In this document: piece after piece, positions 1 through 8,725 of the stretch
Numbering within the stretch: position 1 is the stretch's first letter
Layout: each line of letters begins with the position of its first letter
Source of the DNA: Candidatus Saccharimonadia bacterium
GTDB lineage: Bacteria > Patescibacteriota > Saccharimonadia > UBA4664
Direction of reading: 5' to 3'
Length of the DNA stretch: 64,000 nt
NCBI GenBank assembly: GCA_041743505.1
Contig: JBGTMQ010000020.1
Span: 81,099-145,098 of the forward strand
Notes under the pieces: model-generated
Seen by the model: only the letters and a program-made list of their open reading frames with translations
Told to the model about the DNA's origin: nothing
The model's database searches: none
Position numbers and translations under genes: made by a program

Positions 1-809
1 TGTTATTCTGGCTCGCCTTCGCCCTCATTGCCGCCCTCGTCGGTCTGGGAATCTGGCGCTGCGTCACCCGTAGGGACCGCCTAGGCATCGCCCTCGTTAT
101 CGCCGGCCTCATCGCTTGGATCCTAGCCATGGGGATTGCCTGGCCACCGGTGGCGCCCATCACCCGCTGGCTAGTCGAATACGTCCCGTTCTACCGTGGC
201 TACCGGGAGCCGCAAAAATGGCTGGCATTACTGGCACTGGCCTACGCTTACCTGGGAGCAGTCGGCCTCAGCGTTATCCATGAGCGGCTCAAAGGCTGGC
301 GGCAGGATGTCGCCGTCCTATTGGTGTGCCTGCTCCCGCTATTGTGGGTACCAATGCTCTTGTGGGGCGCGGCGGGACAACTGCGGAGCGTGGAATACCC
401 CGCTAGCTGGTACGAACTGGGCCGCCGGCTGGACTCTCAACCCGGGCAGTTTAAGGTGCTGATGTTCCCGTGGCATCAATATATTGCCCTCGATTTCGCC
501 GGGCGGACAGTCGCCAACCCGGCGCCGGCGTTTATTGGCCGGCCGGTTATATCCAGCCACGATCCTGAGTTACCAGGGGTGGCAGCTCCGCGGCCGGCTG
601 ATAATATAGTGATTGAGGATGAGGTGCTCACAGAGAGGTTTTATGCGCGAAACGCCGGGTCAAAGTTGGAGCCGCTAGGAGTGCGCTATATTGTGCTACT
701 CAAGCAATCTGATTGGCGTTTGTATAAATGGCTTGACCGGCAAGAAGACCTCAAGCTGGTTGAGCAAACTGACGGCTGGAAATTGTATCAAGTGGAGGTG
801 GCCAAATGA
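1..809 (+). CDS. membrane protein, C-terminal part (5' end lies outside window)
   Basis: Frame stays open from position 3 to the stop at 807-809. N-terminal part is hydrophobic (TM helices) and C-terminal part soluble. No recognisable family from sequence alone. Confidence 0.5.
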   Translation, partial: LFWLAFALIAALVGLGIWRCVTRRDRLGIALVIAGLIAWILAMGIAWPPVAPITRWLVEYVPFYRGYREPQKWLALLALAYAYLGAVGLSVIHERLKGWRQDVAVLLVCLLPLLWVPMLLWGAAGQLRSVEYPASWYELGRRLDSQPGQFKVLMFPWHQYIALDFAGRTVANPAPAFIGRPVISSHDPELPGVAAPRPADNIVIEDEVLTERFYARNAGSKLEPLGVRYIVLLKQSDWRLYKWLDRQEDLKLVEQTDGWKLYQVEVAK

Positions 810-1555
810 ACCGGCCGGTCGGACTAGCTGGAGATATCGCTCGTGGCCAAAAGATGGTCCGGCGGCCGGCGAGCCCACTCCCGGTCCAGTTGCCTACCAA
901 GCGGCAAGTCCGCAAGTTTGTGCGGGGGCTGGGGTTAATTAGCGACATCGTGCCCCGCCAGGCCGGTGTACGCCAACCGCAAGTAACCAAGCCCATGCCT
1001 GCGCCACCCAGGCCAGTGCCAACTGCACCCACCCCGGCGCCCAGACGAGTACGCACGCCAATCGACCCAACCCGGTTATCCACAGTCCGGGTTGCTCCGG
1101 CTCAGATGACTGCGGCCCGCGTGGCGGCAGCGCCACCTCAGCCCATCCGGCTGCCAAAACTACCGGCCCAATTGCCACAAGTGCCAACCCAAATCCCAAA
1201 CCGGCGCCAGCTTCGGCGAATCGCCCGGGCACCCGGAGTAGAAAAAAATACCAAACAAATTTGGGAATACGCACAATACCCGCTAATCGCTATTGTGGCT
1301 CTGGCTAGCGCTTATAGTACCACCATCGGCCAGTGTCTCATCCTGGTGTACGGGCTAATGGCTATCTGGCAGCGGTGGGATAGCCGCCAGAGCTTTGGCA
1401 TTGCTTTGTTTTTACTGATAACCATTCCGCTCTTCCAGCTTATCGGTCAAGCCGGTATTGCTGAGAACGTCGCGGTCTATGTGTATGAGCTTTTGGTTAT
1501 TGGTACAATTCTTGCGCTTATTGAATTGCACAAATCTAACAGATTGCACAATTGA
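806..1555 (+). CDS. proline-rich hypothetical membrane protein
   Basis: ATGA start/stop overlap with the upstream gene. Long Pro/Arg/Ala-rich low-complexity N-terminus followed by 2-3 C-terminal TM helices. Weak coding evidence. Confidence 0.4.
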   Translation: MNRPVGLAGDIARGQKMVRRPASPLPVQLPTKRQVRKFVRGLGLISDIVPRQAGVRQPQVTKPMPAPPRPVPTAPTPAPRRVRTPIDPTRLSTVRVAPAQMTAARVAAAPPQPIRLPKLPAQLPQVPTQIPNRRQLRRIARAPGVEKNTKQIWEYAQYPLIAIVALASAYSTTIGQCLILVYGLMAIWQRWDSRQSFGIALFLLITIPLFQLIGQAGIAENVAVYVYELLVIGTILALIELHKSNRLHN

Positions 1556-1604
1556 TATGCCACAACCCGTTTGGTAAGGTTAACCCCGTACATAAGGAGG
1601 TGTG

Positions 1605-2192
1605 ATGCCTATGAATAGAGGCCAAATAAAAAAAGGCATATTCGCCATCGCAGTAGTCGCTATGACTGCAGCGGTGGGAGTTGTCGGATTCGCTAATGCC
1701 GCCCCAGCGCGCGCCCTGCCCCTAGCTAACGGCTACGGTACGGGCATTGATGCAGTCCTAGAGGCGTTAGAGGTGTTCCAGGACGAAGTCCGGATGGCCA
1801 GCGACCAGTACCGTTCAGATATCCAGGCTTGCTTTGGAAATACCGAAGCTAGTCTAGGAGAGCCGGGCGCTTCAGCGCTGCGCTCCGCCGAGGCTGATAT
1901 CGACAAAAAAGTAACCCAGGTGACGGACCAGCTGAGCAAGAAAACAGCTGGCAGTACGGGGGCAAGCGCTAACGTCGGCGCTCTTGAGAATAAACTCAAC
2001 AGCGAGACAAACGTAACTATTGGCGCTCTAGACAGCGCAAATAGCGAAGTCGAGAAAAAGATCGCTCCCTTTGCCCATAACTCACAGCGCGGCGAATTGC
2101 GCCGGTGCTTGAGGGAAGCTCGCAACGACTTCAGGTCAGCAATCCATGAAGCACGTCAGGATTTCCTGCGGGTAGTTCGCAACGCCTTTTAG
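1605..2192 (+). CDS. secreted or membrane-anchored hypothetical protein
   Basis: Strong SD AAGGAGG at 1594-1600 with ATG at 1605 (tool start GTG 1602; ATG 1611 also possible). N-terminal signal/TM segment AIAVVAMTAAVGVVGFANAAPA. Rho-independent terminator follows. Confidence 0.6.
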   Translation: MPMNRGQIKKGIFAIAVVAMTAAVGVVGFANAAPARALPLANGYGTGIDAVLEALEVFQDEVRMASDQYRSDIQACFGNTEASLGEPGASALRSAEADIDKKVTQVTDQLSKKTAGSTGASANVGALENKLNSETNVTIGALDSANSEVEKKIAPFAHNSQRGELRRCLREARNDFRSAIHEARQDFLRVVRNAF

Positions 2193-2218
2193 CGACCATT
2201 TAGTTTGATATGACAAGG

Positions 2219-2249
2219 GTGGCCTCTACGGAGGTCACTTTTGTTTTTG
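2219..2249 (+). terminator. rho-independent terminator (8-bp stem with G.U wobble, UACG loop, T-tract)
   Basis: gtggcctc-tacg-gaggtcac followed by ttttgtttttg, immediately downstream of CDS 1605-2192. Confidence 0.7.
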
Positions 2250-2260
2250 CCGGCAAATAA

Positions 2261-2289
2261 TTGACAACCATAACAACTTTTGATATAGT
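2261..2289 (+). promoter_or_regulatory. sigma70-like promoter TTGACA-17-TATAGT
   Basis: Near-consensus -35 and -10 hexamers with 17-bp spacer. It would drive a ~140-nt leader carrying an 11-bp-stem hairpin (2351-2391) upstream of small ORF 2433-2495. Confidence 0.5.
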
Positions 2290-2432
2290 AACTCGGTCCT
2301 AAACAAGGTAACACTATGAAACGAAGACTTAGACCAAGCGGTTGAAGCTCCCGGTAATAAGTTTCCAAATCTTTGGCAGTTTATTACCGGGAACCTCAGC
2401 CAATTGAGATCCCACAACTCAAGGAGATTAAT

Positions 2433-2495
2433 ATGTACGGCTACGCTATGAAAGCTGTATCCAGCGAGCTTGAGCTCGTCCTGCGGCCCCTATAA
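2433..2495 (+). CDS. small ORF, 20 aa (MYGYAMKAVSSELELVLRPL)
   Basis: Consensus SD AAGGAG 7 nt upstream of ATG. Preceded by a promoter and a structured leader. Could be a leader peptide or small protein; no homology inference possible. Confidence 0.25.
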   Translation: MYGYAMKAVSSELELVLRPL

Positions 2496-2522
2496 AGCTG
2501 ATGAATTTGAGCACTTGACGTT

Positions 2523-2801
2523 ATGGGCTTGGTAGCCATCACCTCGGCCGCCGATCAGGACAACCCGGGCTCCGGCGGAGCATTGCAGAAACCGGGCTAT
2601 TGCCAGACCGGTATGAATTATCACGCCGGAGTTAGTTTTGGCCGGGTCATTCACGCCGACCGGTACCTACTCGTCAACCCGGCCGATCGCACCTGGAACT
2701 TCTTCTGGGGCGATGACGGCGCACCACCCGCCTTTAACATCGCCCGCCAGAAAACCCTGGCCGCCATGGAAAAGGCTGCTGGACAGGTGGCCTATCTGTA
2801 A
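2523..2801 (+). CDS. hypothetical protein (92 aa)
   Basis: ORF followed by a hairpin terminator (gggcgcccc-tttttcc-ggggtgccc at about 2806-2830). No SD. Possibly co-transcribed with the small ORF. Confidence 0.35.
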   Translation: MGLVAITSAADQDNPGSGGALQKPGYCQTGMNYHAGVSFGRVIHADRYLLVNPADRTWNFFWGDDGAPPAFNIARQKTLAAMEKAAGQVAYL

Positions 2802-2865
2802 ACTAGGGCGCCCCTTTTTCCGGGGTGCCCGTTTCCACTCATTATCCCTAACCATTGCTGCAAGG

Positions 2866-2965
2866 TACTGAACTGAGGGCAGTAGCACAAATAGGGAGGC
2901 CAGATTAACCCTACACTAAGCCATAGTTGAACAAATATAAAACACCTGCTGCCCTCAGTTCAGTA
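2866..2965 (+). repeat. E1: 100-bp paired-palindrome element (arms 2866-2884 and 2947-2965, core CTACACTAAGCCA 2911-2923)
   Basis: Left arm tactgaactgagggcagta and right arm tgctgccctcagttcagta are inverted repeats of each other. Layout is arm 19 + 26 + core 13 + 23 + arm 19. Same architecture as E2, E3 and E5. Confidence 0.85.
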
Positions 2966-3192
2966 GGCAGACCAAAAGGACCCTTGATCGGTAGGGGCAA
3001 TTCACAAAATGAGGACAGTTACCGAAATATTCTATCCAACTTACGGCCGCCCCAGAAGCGTCCCACATTCGCCGGCCAGCGGTATAATTTCGCCGAAGTA
3101 CAGTCGAAATACATAAGAACAACCCAAGTGTATCTTCCCCTCTAATCTCAGTTGGCATACACTGTTGATAGCGCTTTTCAAGCAAAAGCGAG

Positions 3193-4635
3193 ATGGCTAG
3201 TGTGGGAGGCACTTATATTTCAATGGTAGCAGCCAACTTCAAACGAACTAAAATTGTCGCCACCGTCGGGCCGGCGTCAAACTCACCCCAAATTCTGGAG
3301 CGCATGCTACAGGCTGGGGTCAACAGCTTCCGGCTGAATTTTTCGCATGGCACGCATGAACAGCACGGTGAAGTAATTAAGTTTGCCCGGGCGCTGGCCG
3401 CCAAATATGACCGGCCGGTGGCCATGATCGCCGACCTGCAAGGGCCCAAGATCCGTGTTGGCACCCTGCCAACCGACGGCCTGCCGTTTGTGCGCGGCCA
3501 CAAGGTCCGGTTCGAGTACGGCGCCGACTTTGAGCGTCACGGCATCATCCCGGTCCAGCATGATGTTTCCAAATACCTCAAGCCGGGCGAACGGATCTTC
3601 CTGCGCGACGGCCAGATCGAAGTCGAGGTGGAGAAGGTCGAGAAAAAGCTGGTGACCGGCAAGGTGCTGGCGCCCGGCCTGCTCTACTCCAACCAAGGCA
3701 TGAACCTGCCCGACACCGACCTGGGCGGTGACATCCTCACGCCCAAGGACATAGCCGACATCAACTTCGCCGTCACCCACGACGCCGATTACGTGGCGCT
3801 AAGCTTCGTCCAGACCGCCCGGGATATTCTCAATTTGAAGGCGCGCCTGGTCAAGCTCAAGGCCGACGTCAAAGTCATCGCCAAAATCGAAACCGCGGCC
3901 GCCGTCGAAAACCTGGACGAAATTTTCGCCGCCACCGACGCCGTTATGGTTGCTCGCGGTGACCTGGCCATCGAGACCAAGCCTGAACTGGTCCCGGCCG
4001 TCCAGCGCCGCATGGTCACGCTGGCCCGCCGCCATCGCAAACCGGTCATTGTAGCCACGCAAATGCTCGAAAGCATGATCCAAAGCTCCTCGCCGACCCG
4101 CGCCGAGGTCAGCGACGTGGCTACTGCCGTCATCGAAGGTGCCGACGCCGTCATGCTGTCCGGCGAGACAGCCATGGGCTTGTTCCCGGTCGAGGCTGTG
4201 GCCATGATGAAACGTGTCATCCTGGCCACCGAAGGCGAACAGCTGATCGAGTGGTCAGCCACTGCTCACGAATTTGGCGCCCACGACCGCGCCAACGCCA
4301 TCTCGGCCGCCGCCACCGTGCTGGCCAACCAACTACCGGCCAAGATGCTGGTAGCCGAAACCGCCTCCGGCCAAACCGCGCTCAACATCGCCTGCTTGCG
4401 GCCGGCCGTACCCATTATCATGGTTACCAACAGCCGCCGGGTACACAACCAACTGGCTCTTGTCTGGGGCGGTAAATCGTATCTGGACAGCGACCCGGCC
4501 GCCGCCACAGAGCATGTCGTCCGCCAGATGCGCATAGCCGGCCACGTCTCCGCCGGCGACGCCTACGTCGTGGCCTCCGGCAACCAGCCCGGTGTAACCG
4601 GCGGCACCAACACCGTTTCGGTCCGGGTAGTCTAG
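3193..4635 (+). CDS. pyk: pyruvate kinase
   Basis: KIVATVGPASNSPQILERMLQAGVNSFRLNFSHGTHEQH and the rest match PK along the full length (480 aa). Alternative start ATG 3223 with GGGAGG upstream. Confidence 0.92.
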   Translation: MASVGGTYISMVAANFKRTKIVATVGPASNSPQILERMLQAGVNSFRLNFSHGTHEQHGEVIKFARALAAKYDRPVAMIADLQGPKIRVGTLPTDGLPFVRGHKVRFEYGADFERHGIIPVQHDVSKYLKPGERIFLRDGQIEVEVEKVEKKLVTGKVLAPGLLYSNQGMNLPDTDLGGDILTPKDIADINFAVTHDADYVALSFVQTARDILNLKARLVKLKADVKVIAKIETAAAVENLDEIFAATDAVMVARGDLAIETKPELVPAVQRRMVTLARRHRKPVIVATQMLESMIQSSSPTRAEVSDVATAVIEGADAVMLSGETAMGLFPVEAVAMMKRVILATEGEQLIEWSATAHEFGAHDRANAISAAATVLANQLPAKMLVAETASGQTALNIACLRPAVPIIMVTNSRRVHNQLALVWGGKSYLDSDPAAATEHVVRQMRIAGHVSAGDAYVVASGNQPGVTGGTNTVSVRVV

Positions 4636-4723
4636 CCCAACAAAAATTTGTCGTTATAATAAAATTACATCTGTGACATAATGATACGGTCCCTTAAGTC
4701 AGAGTCGATCACCGGGAGACAAC

Positions 4724-5053
4724 ATGTCCCAGGCTATGCTCGCACCTACCCGCCCGTCATCAGCGTATGACCCGGCAGCGGTCATTGGGCCGCTAGACCA
4801 GCCGGCTCGAAAAGCCGTTGAACAGGCTTCACGATCTTCCACCGGCTCGCCCTTCGAGCACGATTGTACGGAGATAATCTGCCAGAAACTACTGTCCGCC
4901 GGCGGATCATCGCGAACCGCCGGGGAAGTCTGGGAGACTCTCGCCCGCCGTCAAGGCCTGGCCGACCGTGAGCCGGTCATCTACACACTCTATCGCGGCA
5001 TCTTCGCCGCAGCATGGTTCGACGTAGCCATGCTAATCGAAGCGGGTGTCTAA
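4724..5053 (+). CDS. hypothetical protein
   Basis: GGGAGA SD 5 nt upstream of ATG. 109 aa, no recognisable motifs. Confidence 0.45.
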   Translation: MSQAMLAPTRPSSAYDPAAVIGPLDQPARKAVEQASRSSTGSPFEHDCTEIICQKLLSAGGSSRTAGEVWETLARRQGLADREPVIYTLYRGIFAAAWFDVAMLIEAGV

Positions 5054-5153
5054 CAACCCGCCCCGACCACCCCTGGCTATTATTTGGCCGGGGGTGTGCT
5101 CTGTTTTATGATGTCAGAGGTTCATTCCCATCAGAGTAAAGGAGCGTGACTAG

Positions 5154-5864
5154 GTGCCTCATGCAGCTCTTGGTTATAGCCGCCGCAATATTGGCCGCCT
5201 TTTGGCTTGCCTGACAGACCTCAACCTGTATCTCTCACCCAACTGGTATCCTGTGGGCGGTGTTTGCATCCGCTGGTACCTGGTCCGGTCCAACTACAAT
5301 CTGCCCAAGCGCCCCTTTAATGGCGTGGATGTGGTCGCGGTCAGCCTCGACACCTACGTAACAGAGAAGTTCCTCATTGCGCATAACCATCCGCAAGACG
5401 GCTACTGGGCGCTCATTCACCTGGCGACCGGTACCAAGGTAAATGTTTTCTGGCCCGAGCACAGTTCGCCGCTCTATGATGCCATGCTGGTCCCGGATTT
5501 CCCGGTCCGGTTCCAATCGGCCGCCGACCAGCTTGTCACCGTCGTGGATAATATCCGCAAACCGCTCCACGGCCGGCCTCTCGACCCCAAGCAGCTCGAG
5601 GATGCCTGGCGTCTGTACCGGCTGGTCGGGCCCAAGGATAGCGAAAAGACATGGCAAGAGCGTTACCCCAATGAGCCGGACTTCAAGCAAGCCTTCGATG
5701 AGGCGCAAGAGGCCTGCGCCCTGCGGCCGGAGCTTATCCGGCCCGGCCTCTACACGAACCTGCGTCATCTTGCCCGGCAAGCCCTGGTGTGCTCCGAATG
5801 CCGGCATATCGCCGAGTATCCACTAGCCTCAAAGATGCGCATCGCCAGGGCATACCGGCGCTAA
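5154..5864 (+). CDS. hypothetical protein (GTG start)
   Basis: AAGGAG SD 9 nt upstream of GTG 5154, which lies directly after an in-frame TAG. 236 aa, no recognisable family. Confidence 0.5.
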   Translation: MPHAALGYSRRNIGRLLACLTDLNLYLSPNWYPVGGVCIRWYLVRSNYNLPKRPFNGVDVVAVSLDTYVTEKFLIAHNHPQDGYWALIHLATGTKVNVFWPEHSSPLYDAMLVPDFPVRFQSAADQLVTVVDNIRKPLHGRPLDPKQLEDAWRLYRLVGPKDSEKTWQERYPNEPDFKQAFDEAQEACALRPELIRPGLYTNLRHLARQALVCSECRHIAEYPLASKMRIARAYRR

Positions 5865-5981
5865 TCCCAACACCGGCTGCTAGCATCAAAATACGGCCGT
5901 CATTTAGCAATACGGCCACCCAGCTCGCGGCGGGCTCTCTACCAACGAGAGCCCGCCGATTTTATTTCATCTCCAGGAGGG

Positions 5982-6081
5982 TACTGCCCTCAGGGCAGTA
6001 CCATTACAACCACCTATGAATAATAACTACACTAAGCCAAAATATCAGCGCGGGCAATTTCTTACTGCCCTCAGTACAGTA
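5982..6081 (+). repeat. E2: 100-bp paired-palindrome element (arms 5982-6000 and 6063-6081, core CTACACTAAGCCA 6027-6039)
   Basis: Left arm tactgccctcagggcagta is a perfect 9+1+9 palindrome; right arm is tactgccctcagtacagta. Spacer lengths are 26 and 23 as in E1, but the spacer sequences differ. Confidence 0.85.
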
Positions 6082-6139
6082 GGTAGTAGGAGGGGAATGG
6101 CAAAACCCTGCCCAAAAAACCCCCACCCTCTACCGAAAA

Positions 6140-6168
6140 TTGACAATATGCAAAATTACAAGCATAAT
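6140..6168 (+). promoter_or_regulatory. sigma70-like promoter TTGACA-17-CATAAT
   Basis: 59 bp downstream of E2 and about 45 nt upstream of CDS 6213. Confidence 0.5.
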
Positions 6169-6212
6169 AGTATAGTCCGCCAAAATGCTCTCTCCCCACG
6201 AAGGGATCTACC

Positions 6213-6698
6213 ATGAGCATCAGAACCATCAGGCACACGTTCACTTGTCAGTCGAGCGGCCCTACAGCCGAGGAGATGGAGGGCGGGCTCGATGAACTCG
6301 AAGCTGCAGTTCAAGCCTACGTCGCACACCTTCCTGTTGGTACGTCCGTCAGCTACGGCCAGCTCGTACCCTGTCCGGCCTACAAGGCGGTCGTCTTAAC
6401 CCAAGCGGTCATCACCTGCCAGCCCACCCGAGGCCGCGGCGACCTACCACTCCGCACGGCCGAGTTTGCCTTCACTACCGGGGAACACTCTCACTGGTGG
6501 GCCGCCAAGCAGCGGGCCATGGCTGTAGACCGGTATTGGGCCAGCCTGCGCCAATGCGGTATTCCCGAGGCCGCCATCACAGTCGAGCGGATCCAAGAGT
6601 CTGACGGAAACGGCCGCCTCACCTGCATCGCTGTGGTAACGTATCGGAGCAAGTTCGAAGTCGACCCCCGCACCGGCGACCCCGTCAGTAAGGAGTAA
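6213..6698 (+). CDS. hypothetical protein
   Basis: 161 aa ORF downstream of the promoter, weak SD GAAGGGA. Followed 3 nt later by the SD-bearing CDS 6702, so probably an operon. Confidence 0.5.
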   Translation: MSIRTIRHTFTCQSSGPTAEEMEGGLDELEAAVQAYVAHLPVGTSVSYGQLVPCPAYKAVVLTQAVITCQPTRGRGDLPLRTAEFAFTTGEHSHWWAAKQRAMAVDRYWASLRQCGIPEAAITVERIQESDGNGRLTCIAVVTYRSKFEVDPRTGDPVSKE

Positions 6699-6701
6699 GA
6701 A

Positions 6702-6983
6702 ATGTCGGCCTTCGCAACCCTACTGGGCGTGCTGCTACTTATCGCCCTCCCCGTAGCCGCCAGCAGCCTCTTCTACCGCCCGGAATTAACGATCTGGCCG
6801 ATTCTCACCCTGTCTGGTCTCACGGGCTGGATGCTATCGCAAGCCTACCGCTTCGGTCCAAACTGGCTCGTTCCGGCCACCTACGTCTCCATCGGGCTCA
6901 GCCTGGCCGTCATGGTCTACCGGCTGGTACAACGGCTTCGCTCATACGATAAAGCGCCCGGGCACCAACCTCAGGACAACTAA
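6702..6983 (+). CDS. small membrane protein (2-3 TM)
   Basis: AAGGAG SD 7 nt upstream. Hydrophobic helices. Followed by a strong bidirectional terminator. Confidence 0.55.
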   Translation: MSAFATLLGVLLLIALPVAASSLFYRPELTIWPILTLSGLTGWMLSQAYRFGPNWLVPATYVSIGLSLAVMVYRLVQRLRSYDKAPGHQPQDN

Positions 6984-7003
6984 ACCCGTCCTGAAAAATC
7001 AAT

Positions 7004-7050
7004 AACGGTACTATCGGCAGCGTCAAAGCTGCCAATAGTACCGTTTTTCT
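7004..7050. terminator. bidirectional rho-independent terminator (17/18-bp stem, T-tracts on both strands)
   Basis: aacggtactatcggcagc-gtcaaa-gctgccaatagtaccgtt then tttttctt on the + strand, and attgattttt on the - strand. Sits between convergent CDS 6702-6983 and 7050-7664. Confidence 0.8.
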
Positions 7051-7664
7051 TATACCGGCAACCGCTCCCGGTATAGCCGCCAGATCGCTTCCAAAGTAGG
7101 CGCAAACCGCTCTGGCCGCGCCGGAATTCCGTCATCAAGCTCGCCGGCCGTCACCAGGGTAAGCCCGGCTATATCCGTACCGCTAAAAGTCGTCGGCGCC
7201 TCGCTCACCAAATAGTACGCACTGGCGAAAGTCTTATGCCCGTCAGCCAACGTTAGAAACTGGCTGCCCAAATACTGGGGCGCCGAATCTTCGTAATGAA
7301 TCTCTCTGGCCAGTGCCCGCCTGGCCGCCTCCACGGCCGTTTCGTTATGCCGGCGAATGGTCGCCACCGTGGCTCCCAGCCGCTCGGCGTACAAATTTGG
7401 CAGGTCTGCCCTGGCCGGAATCCGGCTGAGCACCACCTCCTTGGCCAAGGTTATGACCAAAACAAACACCGCATGGTATATATCCCGTGACTTATCAATG
7501 TCCTTTCGCCGCTTCTGTCCCACGACCGCTCCGGCCTCGCTTACGATGTCAACGAGCTGACCTGCATGTGCTGTGTCCATAGCTAGTAGCATACCAGCGC
7601 CGGCCGCAGCCCATGCTTGCATAAAACAAGCCGAAGCCGCAAAATATAATCCGCGCGGGCCCAC
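7050..7664 (-). CDS. hypothetical protein
   Basis: 204 aa ORF. No clear SD for any of three candidate starts (7664, 7622, 7592). Function not inferable. Confidence 0.4.
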   Translation of the reverse strand: MGPRGLYFAASACFMQAWAAAGAGMLLAMDTAHAGQLVDIVSEAGAVVGQKRRKDIDKSRDIYHAVFVLVITLAKEVVLSRIPARADLPNLYAERLGATVATIRRHNETAVEAARRALAREIHYEDSAPQYLGSQFLTLADGHKTFASAYYLVSEAPTTFSGTDIAGLTLVTAGELDDGIPARPERFAPTLEAIWRLYRERLPV

Positions 7665-7702
7665 CGCCGCGCCCGGTCTCCACTCAGGAGAGGAACCCTA
7701 GC

Positions 7703-8350
7703 ATGCTTGAAACATTGGCAGCTGAACTGGGCTTCGTTGAGACAGAAGCGTTACGCACCACTCGCACCAGGCTAGTAGCCGCCATTCTGTCCGGTGACTC
7801 GGCCGAAGGTCCCCGGCTCTGGTCACAGTTCGAGGAATTGGCCGAGTTCAGGTTATCCCGTTTGCCTGATGCCGATACCAGCGATGACCGTGCCCGTGCC
7901 CGCATCGGCATCAAGCTCATCAGGGCCCATATTTGGCAGTCAGCCGAGGAGCTGGTCTGTTATTTGCGGGAGCTGTTTGAAGCCCACAAACAGGCCGAGC
8001 ACCTAGTTCTGATCAATGTCGCCGCTACCTTGACCGGATTACTCAGGCGCTACGTTAGCTATGGGGAGTACTTCCAGGCCCAGGGACTGGATGAAGCTGC
8101 TATCGAGTATTACCTCCACGATGAGGATGATACGGGGCTCACTGACAAGCAGCGGGGGATACTCAACCTCCGGCTCACCGAGTGCTATCGGTCCTTGCTC
8201 ACCACACATCCTGGCGACACGGATCTCAAAGACCTCATGGATGACTCGCTCCAAAGCGCCCTCGTCTATCTGGACGGTGAGGTTGAGCAAGGCAAGGCCC
8301 AGCGTCTGCTCGACGAAGTATCCAAGGGTCGGAAAGAGCCGCACCCATGA
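7703..8350 (+). CDS. hypothetical helical protein
   Basis: AGGAGAGGA SD 6 nt upstream. 215 aa, acidic, no motifs. Confidence 0.5.
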   Translation: MLETLAAELGFVETEALRTTRTRLVAAILSGDSAEGPRLWSQFEELAEFRLSRLPDADTSDDRARARIGIKLIRAHIWQSAEELVCYLRELFEAHKQAEHLVLINVAATLTGLLRRYVSYGEYFQAQGLDEAAIEYYLHDEDDTGLTDKQRGILNLRLTECYRSLLTTHPGDTDLKDLMDDSLQSALVYLDGEVEQGKAQRLLDEVSKGRKEPHP

Positions 8351-8589
8351 TTCGACGGCCGGAGTACCCGCAACTGTTCGTCTGCAACGGTGTGCCCAAT
8401 CAGGCCACGGACTTTCAGGTATCAGTCGGCGACCTCACCTGGGTAACCATGCCTCATCTCAAGGCCGAGCGGCATCCCGGGTTTCTCATCCTGGAAGTCC
8501 CGGCCGTCACCGGCGCTACCAGAATCATCATCCATCCAGAGACTCTCGCCCGGCCAGTCCCACGGTCAACCATCACGCCATCATGTTGA
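8347..8589 (+). CDS. hypothetical protein (80 aa)
   Basis: ATGA overlap with the upstream CDS, which suggests translational coupling. Confidence 0.4.
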   Translation: MIRRPEYPQLFVCNGVPNQATDFQVSVGDLTWVTMPHLKAERHPGFLILEVPAVTGATRIIIHPETLARPVPRSTITPSC

Positions 8590-8638
8590 CCACCAGACCC
8601 CCAAAAACTTTAATAGTTGGCGGGGGTATTTTCTTTTA

Positions 8639-8666
8639 TTGCAATTACAAAGTTTTGTGGTATAAT
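8639..8666 (+). promoter_or_regulatory. sigma70-like promoter TTGCAA-16-TATAAT
   Basis: Near-consensus hexamers upstream of the CPBP protease gene, preceded by a T-rich terminator-like region at about 8596-8636. Confidence 0.55.
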
Positions 8667-8725
8667 AAACAATGCACCTTAATTAACCACATTCCCTTGG
8701 ATCCCACCACTGATTGGGGCGCTTT

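Noticed and set aside
3307-4262. Long antisense ORFs (3307-3780 -, 3789-4262 -, 4266-4535 -) inside pyk
   Set aside because: They lie fully inside a confidently identified gene on the opposite strand. High-GC genomes generate such open antisense frames. No SD or motif support.
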